Positions 41,701-64,000 of a stretch of DNA of 64,000 nt are shown one piece after another. The DNA lies in contig CAVNZM010000006.1 of the NCBI GenBank assembly GCA_963693365.1, positions 9,489,355 through 9,553,354 on the forward strand, read 5' to 3'. The position numbers were made by a program, and so were the translations under genes. This stretch comes from Amoebidium appalachense. Taxonomy: Eukaryota > Protista > Ichthyosporea. Position 1 is the first letter of the stretch. Each line of letters begins with the position of its first letter. Under the pieces are notes generated by a model that was not told the origin of the DNA, ran no database searches, and saw only the letters and a program-made list of their open reading frames with translations.

Positions 41701-43639
41701 GGGCAGCCAGCAACAGCAAGCACCCAGTGTGGTTGAGGACCAACTCCGTGCTGCACAAGAAGAGGTGGCTGCCCTGAGAGACCAGCTAGAAAAGAGGGTA
41801 TGCCCACCATGCTATATTCTATGCCCCCCCCCCCCCCCCCCCCCCTCCCCCTCCCCCCCTCTCCCCACCCAGGCACACGCACAGACAGACACACAAACAC
41901 CTGCAGTCACCCACTTATTCCACCCTACCCACCCACCACCCATTCAACCCCACCCAACCGACACAAACCTTCTCCTCCTCCCCCCCCCACCTTCAGGCCT
42001 CCCTCCCGGCTTACCCCTCCCCTACCCTCCCCGCCTATCTGCCCACCCTTATGCTCAATCTCTCCTCTGCCTTCCACGCGTTTCCCACCGCTTGTCCCGC
42101 TTCTCTCCACCTCTCGCTCCCCCATCCCCCCTCCCCCCCCCCCCCCCCCCCCCCCCCCCCGTCCCCCACCCCACCCCAAACTCACACACATACACACCTG
42201 GGGCCGGTATTGTGTTCTGACCGTCACGTGATACGTGCATCACCGAATATTGCCTCCTATCTGAGCGCTGGCCCCCCTCCCTCCCTCCCCTCCCCCTGCC
42301 TCCCCCCCCCCCCGCCCCGCCCATTCCCACCCCTACCCTTCGGCCTTTGGGTCTGGCCTTGTCTTCTGGCATTTCACTATTGGGTTTTCAGCCAATGCAC
42401 AACCACTAGTTGCCATTTTGTGCCTGCTGACCGCCCACATCATGCAGTGATCTATACCTGCTATTGTGTCCCACCATCCATGTGCTCGTCCCTGTGCATG
42501 TGCATGCAGCTATTACCCTGCATGCTCATACTGCACCCCCCATGCTGGCCTACGAGGCAAGCACACACACCGTAGGAGGGGGGGGGGGGTTGAAAAGGGT
42601 AGTTACATGGGATGGACAGGTGCTTGTGTGAAATATCAATGAATGTACTTGCGTTTCAGAGGGCAGGGGGGGGGGGGGGGGGGGGGGGGGGGCTTGTTGT
42701 GTTTCATGCCCTTACGTGTTCATACCCCCCCAGCAGGCAGTGACTGCACCAGTGGGTGATGGGGAGCTACGGCAGGGCAGCAGCCAGGGGCTAGCACTGC
42801 TGCTGCCAGATGGGGCAAGGGCACCGACCCACAGGCCAAGCACGACCAGTGTCCGCATGGGGGAGGAGCACGAGGCAGACAGCCTTGCGCGTGACCCAGA
42901 CATGCTCCACCGTGCAGAGCAGGTGTGTAATGCATTCTACTGTCTATCTGGCATGTGGGCTACACAAAACGACATTCTTGACGGGGATAATGTTCATCCG
43001 TAGCTGGACACGTTCTCTGGGCTGACCGTAGCAGCATGCTCCGCATCTTTCTATGCAAAATGCAACACAAACCGCACACCTATAGGCCAGGTCGGCTGAA
43101 CAGATGGTTCAATCCCAAAGGGAGACCTTGCTAACAGTCACGTGCACGTGCAGGTGATGCGCATGCAGAGTGGCCTGGACACTGCATCCGGCATCAGCGT
43201 ATCTGTCGACAACTCTAGTGGCGATAACACGGCATACATTCTCTCCTTCGAAGGTATGCACTCACTCCCCCCATTCCCTGCCTGTGTGGTGTTGGTGCTC
43301 AGTACGGGGATTGGGGGTGGAATGCTAAGTCTGTGACCTCCACAGTGGATGGCAAGCAACGGCAAATCGTCACTCGATACTCCGAAATGCTCGAATTCTA
43401 TCACAAGATCAGAGACTGCCCAGAAATCAGGTATGTGTTTCCCTTTTCTTTTTCTGAAAAATTAATTCCTTATTCGGTTCGGGCACTTTGTGGAACATAC
43501 CATTTTGTCTTGCCCTTGCACCCAACTATGATAAACATTGCGCTTATCTTCCTTGTTGTGCACCCTCGAGCATATGCCCCTTTACTTATTCATCCTATTG
43601 CACTGAATTCTGACATGGATCTTCGCGCTGTGTGCTACT

Positions 43640-43670
<31 letters not shown>

Positions 43671-44057
43671 CCGGCCCCAGCCCACCCCCCCGTCCAACCA
43701 CATCACACACAAGTAACCATCAATGCCATTTCTGCTAATAATCACCGAACATAATGTCCATGTGTGCGAGTATCAGTGTCATATAAGACTTCCGGAAACA
43801 TATCCCCTCCCCCCGCCCCCCCCCCCCCCCTCCCCTCCTGCTCCCTCTCCGCGTCTCTCGGGGGTATCCAAGGCGTGTTCAAGCACTTTCATGGCATCCT
43901 TTCAGGCTTGCTTGCTCAGGCAGAGCCTATTCCAGGCTCCTTCATTCTTGCTACATTGTGTCCAATAACCCTTCCCCCCCCCCCCCCCCCCCCCCTCCCC
44001 CCCCCCCCCCCCCCCCCCTCGGCCCTTCAACCTCTCCTGCACTTTACATCCACGGTA

Positions 44058-44105
<48 letters not shown>

Positions 44106-44456
44106 ACACACCACCACCACCTGGATAGCGTCCCCCCCATCATCCGCACCCCGCGCATGCACCAGCAACGACTGCGCAGATTGAACAGAGGGTGGGCCAC
44201 AGGGGGGCCGGAAAACACGGGGCTGTGCGGCGTACGGACACAAACCTGACTCTGTGCATGTCGCCTCAGGTTGCGGGACCACGACTGGGGGCCCTTTCCA
44301 GCAAAGGCCTTTGGCTACCGCCGGTTCTACCACGTTGTGATTGAGGAGCGCCGCCTGAAGTTTGCCCGCTTCCTTCAGGACCTGCTGGCCCAGCAAGCAG
44401 CTCACACCGTGCCTACCGTATGCAGATTCCTGCACCTGGACAGGCACCATGCCTAG
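28619..44456 (+). CDS. Very long coiled-coil protein with C-terminal PX (phosphoinositide-binding) domain, 13 exons, ~2,588 aa
   Basis: Exons 28619-28873, 29150-29314, 29539-29836, 30786-30925, 31755-31922, 32355-33206, 33474-33596, 35955-41042, 41681-41797, 42734-42922, 43154-43253, 43346-43430, 44270-44456, all GT-AG and phase-consistent. A/Q/E/L heptad-rich. PX motifs [40 protein letters not shown]. Confidence 0.88.
33673..33814 (-). repeat. R1 copy 3 (in intron 7 of the PX gene)
   Basis: Reverse complement of 338-485 with few differences; followed by a C-run. Confidence 0.85.
37212..38147 (+). repeat. Three ~225-bp internal coding repeats in the giant exon
   Basis: EL..A..A...E..RA.D....AA.L...LDAL.E....[29 protein letters not shown] at ~37212-37436, ~37650-37870 and ~37923-38147. 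Confidence 0.85.
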
Positions 44457-45891
44457 ACTATCCACCCACATGATGTACTAGTTAATTAGTATGTATATAT
44501 GATGTTGCAACGGGTGGTTGTATGATTTTTCAGTATTCGGGTGTATGTTAAGCGCTCGTTTGTGTATGCACGATGAATCGATTTTCCGAAGAACAATCTT
44601 TTTTTGAATGTGACTGTGATGACTGATTGGGTAGCCCCCGTGGCTTTGAAATGACTCGATGATTATTTTCGTAGGCCATCATTTGCAGATTTGTATGTCA
44701 TGCCTAATTATCGTTAGAAATAACACCTCGTAATAGACATATATGTAACGGGATACCTACAGATTAGTATTTTCGTACTCAATTGCACCACCTCTTAACG
44801 ATTAGTACCTGTAGGTTCCTTCGTTTTTACCCCTTTTCTTTTTAATTCCCGTAATGTGAGAAGCGACGCAAATAACGTCGGCACACAGCGAAGCCTGGAT
44901 CCTAGTGCAGTTTTCATATTTTTCGAACTGGGAGTGTTTCGTTCAGTAAACGTATGGAAGTAATGCAAAGATCATTTTATTTCGGTGATTTATGTGTTGA
45001 CCATGAAAATTGCAGACACACGGGCTCCCTCCGAAAGTTTATCCACCACACCGGCATCGAACACCCACATGGCCTCGCAACCTCCATTTCTTTTGCCATG
45101 CCAAACCCCTAACTCCACTCCCTTGCTCCCCTCTTGTCCTCCCTCCCACCTGCGCATGAAGTATACAATACAAACATGTACCCGCACACACACACACAGT
45201 GACACGCACACACAGTACACCCTCACACACACCGTGCATCTCTTATATCCACACCCACACCCACAAACCTTGCCCCAGCTGCCCGTTCCCCCTTAACTTC
45301 GCCCCTGCGCATGTCCCCTCTGGCCCCCCTCCCCCAATGATGTAGTTTCCCCGTCAACAAGTTTGTAAACATTCCACATGTCCCTCCTGCCCCCAGTTAT
45401 TATACCCGTCTCTCCCTACACAAAACCGTTCAGACCGTCCCCCCCCCCCCCCCCCCCCCCCCCCTCCCCCTAAACGGGGGGAAAACGGGGGGAAGGGGGG
45501 GGGGGGGGGGGGGGGGGGCACGCTTCAAGGGGAAGGGGGGGGGGGGGGAGAGGGGGTCTCGCTCGCTCCCCGTCCTCACCACACCCCCGATCTGCCCCCC
45601 CTGCTGATGTATCTTATGCACACGGCCTGGTCCTTCCCATCAGTTTCAAGGACTGTAAAGTGTACGCCTCAGAGGTAGCATGCCTATGTGTACATCATCG
45701 TGTGTGCACACATGAGATATACGACCCCACTAACCTCACGGTGCCATATATATATGATTGTTAACCGAGATGGGTTTTATTAATTGTTTGTCTTTTTCCC
45801 TTTTCAGAGGAAGGTTGTTGGGGAAGAATGCGGGGTGGGGGGAGGGGGGGGGGGAAGGGAATGCGGGGTGTGTGTGTGTATGTGGGTGTTT

Positions 45892-45922
<31 letters not shown>

Positions 45923-45995
45923 GAGGGGGGGGGAGGGGGGGGGGGGGGGGGGGGAAGGATGTATGGAGCCCATACTCCCCCTCCTCCCCCGCCCT

Positions 45996-46125
45996 CCCTG
46001 AGGATGGGCGCTGCTTATGACGCATACTGTGCGCATTGCTGATATTGCATACTTGAATGTTTGTCTTTGCATGTGTCCTGCACCATGCTTCTCATCGTGT
46101 TTTCGTACCGTGTTCCGCATTCAAA
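45996..46125 (-). repeat. R1 copy 4 (diverged)
   Basis: CCCTGAGGATGGGCGCTGCTTATGACGCATACT...TTCGTAC...CGCATTCAAACCCCC keeps both R1 ends. Confidence 0.7.
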
Positions 46126-47050
46126 CCCCCCTCTCCTCGCAAAAAAAAAAAAAAGAAAAAAAAAAAAAAAAAGGTGTTGGCTGACGACAGTTAAACGGAG
46201 CCCAGCATCAGTGGTTTCCTATTTCCCCACAAAAGGCGGGGAGGGAGTTGTTACACCACACACCCCCTTGTGTGTAAGTCAAGGCACTGGGTCTATGGTA
46301 TACTATTTAGGACGGCCGGTGTAATGTTTGGGCCTTAGTGTCCACACAAAGGAGGAGCATGCACACACAGGGACCCGCAATTCTTCACTAAGTCTTGCAC
46401 ACAGTCACTCACATTATAGACACAAGTTAGGTACACGGAATCATCCACATTTCCTGGACAACGTGTACACAGAGCCAGCCACATTTCCCATGTTTCATAG
46501 GCCCGAGGTTCTTTAATAACCTGGGCCGCAAAAACTGTTACAGTAGGCCACCTGCCAACTTTCATTCTCTTGCCATGTATTTACAGCTAAAGTTTTTGAC
46601 AAAGCAAAGGTATTGACCTCTTTGAACACTACCATCACTAAATGTGCTCAAAAGTGATATTTACCATTCCTTCTTTTCATTAACCTGGTTACCAGGTATT
46701 TTCAACATTAGCGCATTCATTCATTTGAGTTACTGCAACGACCAACGACTGCCGACACGGCTTGGGTATGACAACGAGCACTCAACCTCCCCCCACTCTC
46801 CCCCCCTTTCCCCCTCCTCCCCCTAAACACTCACACACCAACATCACCACCACCACCACTACCACCACCACCTCTGCAAAAGAGGGGGGAGAGTGAGGGG
46901 GGGGGGGGGGGGGGGGGGGGGGAGGGGGCACATCACACATAAAACACACGAACACCTAACTCATCACACCTTCGTCCCTAAGAAAGAAAATCAGAGAGAA
47001 TACACTCGGACCTTTCATACCCTTTCCAATTTCAGGACTAATTAGAATCG

Positions 47051-47453
47051 CTACCCAAACAACCTCTCCTGCTCCCACCTATCCACCAAGGCAGCCACCA
47101 TTTCGGGCAACGGCACAACCATCGACAGCTCTCCATTGTCTATGGTGTCTAGGTCCGTGTGGATTTGTTCGTAATCTGTAGGGGGTGAAAGTAGAGGTTA
47201 ATTTAATGACTGACAAAAAGAGGTGTGTGATGGGGTACAAAAAACAGGCTTGGCAGTGCGGGCAAGGCGAGCGGGGGGGCGGGGGAGGGGGGGGGGGGGG
47301 GGGGAGGGAGGGAGGGGGGAAGGCTGAGTGGGGCAAAGGTTGGGGGGGGGGGGAGGAGGGGGGAAGGGGGGAACAGAACTGTTTTGGAGCCGGGTGAAGG
47401 GGGGGGGGGGGGGGGGGGAAGAGAGAGAGAGAGAGAGGGTGTGTGTTTGTGTG

Positions 47454-47497
<44 letters not shown>

Positions 47498-48697
47498 CTC
47501 ATCACAAAATGAAAAAGCGCAGATTGGGGCTTCTTTGGTGTGTGTTTGTGTTTGTGCAACCACAGCAATTGTGTCTGCAGCATTATGTGCTCTAAGCGAG
47601 CATAATACTGCAAACAATCGTGCTGACGGTGTGTGTATACGCCAGTCTAGTGACGGGCTCGGATAGAGAGGGGGGCGGGGGACGGTGGGGGACCGGGAGG
47701 GTACATGTGGAATGTCTTTTCAATTTGGGTAGTGATGGTGTTGGCGAGGGTGGTGGTTGGGGGGACGGAGGGGGGGGGGGGAACGGGGGGAGGGGGGAGG
47801 GTGGAGGGGAGGGAAACGGGGGATGGGGGTGGTTGGGTTGCGGGCCAGGGAGGGGAGGAAGGGGGGGGAAGGAGGGGGAGGGGGAGGAATGAGCAGACGT
47901 AGATAGTAGGAAACGGACGTTATAAATAATGAACAACATACGTGTGCCACACGTGTGTGCCCATGGAAGTGCATGCCCAGAAAGCACAACCACTCTGCCA
48001 TGATTTTGCCGTTAACCTCTGTCCTGTGATTCCGCTGCACCCTCCACCCCCCCCCCCCCCCCCCCCTCCCCTCCCCCCCTGTCCCCCCTCCCCCGTTTAC
48101 CCCTTCTCATGCAGCCCTCCCCGTCCTCCTCTTTGGTATATCTGCCTCTATCCTTGGAACATCATTCCCTCCACCAATCTGGCTTTGCTCGTCCCCTTGC
48201 CTTTACACACGCTGTGGCATACCCTCCCCCCCCCCCCCCCACCCCCCCCCCCCTCCCCCCTTCCCCCCATCACCAGACACACATGCAACACTATCCTCCT
48301 TTCCCCATCCACGCTTGATCACTTCACTAGTTCACTCTTCCGTCTCTCCCACATTCCAACCCCCCACTCGATCTCAATTCCGCCCCCACATTCCCTGTTT
48401 CCCTGCGCTAAAATGTTTCCGCTCCACCATCCCACCCATACTCTAACCTTCTCCTCTACTCTTCCCATATCCACCAATCCCAAACCCTCCTGCCACCGGT
48501 ATGCTCGCGTTTTGCACTGACACACACACACGCATTTGGGTTGAACTATGAGAAAAGGGCTACCCACTTGCATGTTTCATAGGCTCAGCCACCACTTTGG
48601 GCTGTTCAGGTGCCCATTCCTTTCTGTCCTCGTGCCACCGTTTGGCGTTTTCGTTAACGAAACCCTCAGGCTGGGCAGCTTCAGCAGGTTGTGCCAT
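47051..48697 (-). CDS. Small DUF4050 (Gag1-like) family protein
   Basis: Exon 48697-~48594 MAQPAEAAQPEGFVNENAKRWHEDRKEW; probable exon from 48034 (RNHRTEVN...); last exon 47175-47051 YEQIHTDL...VVPLPEMVAALVDRWEQERLFG*. Matches the family patterns FVN....W...R..W and P(I/V)PL.EMV..LV..W..E. The phase of the middle junction is unresolved. Confidence 0.7.
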
Positions 48698-49557
48698 GTT
48701 TGTCTTGTTGTCTAAAAATCCTATACCGCAATGTTGACAGGACTACATGTCAGGAAAATATGATGCGGGAGGATTTCAAAATATGATGCGGGAGGATTTC
48801 AAAAAAAGAGATTGTCACAGTGGGAGTGAGAAAGCCTTAGCCAGAGTTCGGTCGCGTGTGCGCTGTCGGCCTAAGGCCGACGATTACGTAATCAACGTTG
48901 CATGACTGAGCCAGGCCCGTGCCAAGGCCTCTCTGTCTTGAGTAGGAGGCCTTGGCCGCACAGGGGCCCGTGCGCACATTTTCGTGTGTACACACGTGCA
49001 CGCGTGCGCACATGCACACTTGTCACTGTACGTGTGTTGCGCAAGCGCGCATTGTGTTTTGCGTGTCTGTGTGTGTGCAGCGTGGGTCGGTCCGGGTAGG
49101 CTGATACCAGAGGGGCAAGGTTGTTGTTGTGTGTGTGCGTGTGTGGGGGGGGGGGGGGGGAATAATATACTTCAGGTGACCGAGTTAACCGCCCACACAG
49201 TGAGGAAAACATACTTGGCATTGTACACAAGGCTAGTTTATTGTAGGTCACCTTGAAGTTCATGAAACAAATATGTACTGGGAGTATTTCTCCACAGAGG
49301 CGTAGCATTTTACAACAGAAACTATCTACACGGTGACATGCACATCCAACAGCGCTACCCTACATGCATTACTGGTCATTCGGTGAAAATCAATCCACTT
49401 AGGCTATTCACCAAAGTGTGCTACTCAACAACTATGGTATCGAACACGTTCAGAAATTATGAGGCATACTTCCAATGATTACGTGACCTCGGAAGGAAAG
49501 GTGTGGTGCACATGCGTGTTTGTAAGGTGCTGGCCCTGTGTGTGTGATTGAGGGTTC

Positions 49558-49668
<111 letters not shown>

Positions 49669-49802
49669 CGTGAGCGTGTGTGTGTGTGTGTGTGTGTGTG
49701 TGCCCATGCATGTGTGCCCAGGCATTCCATACGTTACTAACAACAATACTAAGTCATAATATTGCCACATTTCCACATACAACACAGCCTCGAAGGTGAC
49801 CA

Positions 49803-50821
49803 ATTAATAGACCCCAGGGCCAATTATCGTGGTATTTTTGCAATTTTCATACGGCTCAAATTGTGGACGTACACTCACGGAGAGGGGGAAAAAATATCCA
49901 TCAGCACCCACAGGCTAGACATTCGTGACAGGGAGGCACAGTATGGGGTGCTTGTGTGCTTGTGTGTGTGCCATAGGAGGGGCAGCAAAGAACGAGGGGG
50001 ATAGAACATGAGAGAGAAAATACTTGAGCATGAGGAAACTGGCCTTGGGTTGTGGAACAGCAGCAGAAACAATGCGTTCATGGCTAGCCTCACGGCTATG
50101 CACAGTGATGGGCTATACCTTCTGCAGTTTGGTGTCCAGATCATCATGGCTGGGCTGCACGGGAAGAAAAGGGAGGGCAAGTGAGTGCGTGTGAGCGCGC
50201 TGGTATGCGGTGTATGTGGTTTGCTTGTGTGTGTGTGCGAGCGTATCCATGAGACGGGGGGACGGTTAGCCGGGGGGAACGGGGGAATGGTTTCCCTTGA
50301 AGTCATGTGGACAAACATTGCAGTGAGGAAGAAGGCGGAGAAGGGGGATGGGAGGGGATGTGTTTTACAATACCGTACAGAGTACGAAGTATGGCATTAT
50401 AGAACGGGCAACACAATGCAGATTGCAGAGCACGCAAAGGGTATGCATTGTGAGCAAAAAATGCGTGTGAGGTGGTGGTGGTGGTGGTGGTGGCGGTGGT
50501 GGCGAGGAGGGGGACGGAGGGGGGGGGGGGGAGGGGGGGGGGGGGGGGGGGGGGGGGCAAGGGGAGCCCAAACTATTTGTCGTTTTCACAGAATGCATGC
50601 ATATGGTTTTATGGGTGTCCGTTTGTGCGGAGTGTGCTATCATACGTGTGGGCATACAAGGGTGAAATGACGGGAAGAGCATCTGAACATTAATGGAATA
50701 CCACCAAGGAACAACAAGTGAATAAAGAGGGCTAATCGTTAATCGGAGTTTTCCACGGTTTTATGGTAAATTTCTATGAATGTGCCTGTGAAGGTGATTT
50801 GGTCTGGGTGGGTGAGTGGAA

Positions 50822-50873
<52 letters not shown>

Positions 50874-51100
50874 GGGGGGAGGGGGGAGAGGGGGAAGGGG
50901 GGGGGGGGGGGGGGGGGTTTACCGGAGACACTGAGACCCTAATTTCCGGAGTGGGGTTATGTGGTTCTGGGGCTACAGAGTTGCCAGGACGGAACACGGC
51001 TGAGCTGATAGAGGGGGAGGGTGGCTGGAAACGGGGGCCCTGATCGATGGACTTGGCTAGATCCTCATCTCCACCCTGAGGGACTTCCGTAAGTGATTGC
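49803..51100 (-). CDS. Probable disordered C-terminal tail exons of the OSCA gene (joins unresolved)
   Basis: AG/GT-bounded coding-like blocks at ~51100-50923 (QSLTEVPQGGDEDL...IRVSVSP), ~50153-50118 (PSHDDLDTKLQK) and from ~49913 (PVGADGYFFPLS...). I could not fix the phase link to exon 52155-52037. Confidence 0.4.
50368..50472 (+). repeat. R1 diverged copy
   Basis: AGTACGAAGTA...AACGGGCAACACAATGCAGATTGCAGAGCAC...AGGGTATGCATTGTGAGCA aligns by eye to the R1 core. Confidence 0.55.
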
Positions 51101-51864
51101 CTGGGTATGTGTGCTGCTTATGCACGCAAATGGTTGTACAAAAAGTGTTTGGAGAATGTGGTGGGCTGAAACACAGACAAGCACCTTGCTTTGCCGGCCG
51201 CAGAGCATGTAGAATGAAGGACTAAGTAGTTGTCGAAAGGGGAATGTAAAAAGAGCTGGGAAAGACAAGCAATCAAATGGTGTGACGATGGCACCTCCAG
51301 TCATTATTTCATATACAGAGTGGTACACTGAACTTGTTTTCGATAACTTAGAGGCAAATACGATAGACCTCAACCAATCAATGGGCACGCTTGCATGTTC
51401 GTCAATCGACCAAGCAAGAAGAGAGTGCATGTACATATCGTTGCTGTGAAATAAGTTAAATGGACCATATGGTAGCCGAGGTGTGTTTGTGTGAGCGTGT
51501 GTGCGTGTGTGTGTGTGGGCGTGTGTGTGTTCATGCGCACACGCGCATGCGTGTGCTTGTCCGAGTGTGTATGTGTGTGGGCGGGGGGGAGGAGGGGGGA
51601 GGTGGGGAGGGTGCGTTTGTGACCGTGTTTGTGAAGTGTGCAGCATCCGTTTGTGTGCATGCACACGTGTATGCCTGTGTGCATGCGCAGAGAGGAGTGT
51701 GCGACACCGTGTGTCTGTGTCTGCATGTGCACATGTGTGTCTGTGTGCATGTGCAGAGAGGTGTGCGGCACCGTGTGTCTCCCCCCCCCCCCCCCCCCCC
51801 TTTCTTTATCCCTTTTCTTTTTCTGGTTCTATTTCATTATTCTTTTATTTTCTTTCTCGTCTTA

Positions 51865-51914
<50 letters not shown>

Positions 51915-51958
51915 TCTCCCCCCCTCCCCCCCTCCCCTCCCCCCCCCCCCCCCTTTTT

Positions 51959-51990
<32 letters not shown>

Positions 51991-52036
51991 GGGGGGGGGG
52001 GGGGGAGGAGGTTATGTGGATAATGCGTGCACGTAC

Positions 52037-63883
<11,847 letters not shown>

Positions 63884-64000
63884 CTGGAGCAGTGGGGGGG
63901 TTCAATTCAATAGACGACACACAAGGAAAAGACTGCATGCCGAGGGGATTTTTACATGTATGATGCAATATATGTAAGGTAGTTGAAAGCAGGGGGGTAA

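Noticed and set aside
48755-48804. 23-bp tandem duplication AAAATATGATGCGGGAGGATTTC upstream of the DUF4050 gene
   Set aside because: Only two copies; consistent with a simple slippage duplication, with no evidence of function.

Overview
Intron-rich eukaryotic genomic DNA, probably from a protist or early-diverging opisthokont (inference from gene content and GT-AG introns full of poly-G/C, (CA)n and (GA)n tracts). Almost all ORFs in the track are microsatellite noise, so I rebuilt the genes by hand from splice sites. Genes, in order: an 11-exon DNMT2/TRDMT1 (-); an intronless, secreted, bacterial-type choloylglycine hydrolase/penicillin V acylase broken by a 4-bp insertion that looks like a Tc1/mariner excision footprint (+); a secreted 3xLysM + CAP protein (-); a ~2,590-aa coiled-coil protein with a C-terminal PX domain (+); a small DUF4050/Gag1-like gene absent from the ORF track (-); and an OSCA/TMEM63 channel running off the right edge (-). 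A nested retroelement cluster lies at 11-16.5 kb. It holds a copia-type solo LTR with a 5-bp TSD, a second inverted copy with a gag remnant, and a complete non-autonomous TRIM (4-bp TSD, tRNA-Lys PBS, PPT) in which only one LTR carries a tRNA-like Pol III cassette. The other notable signals are a minisatellite built from tandem copies of an OSCA 3' splice site, and a ~140-bp dispersed repeat tied to G/C homopolymer runs.
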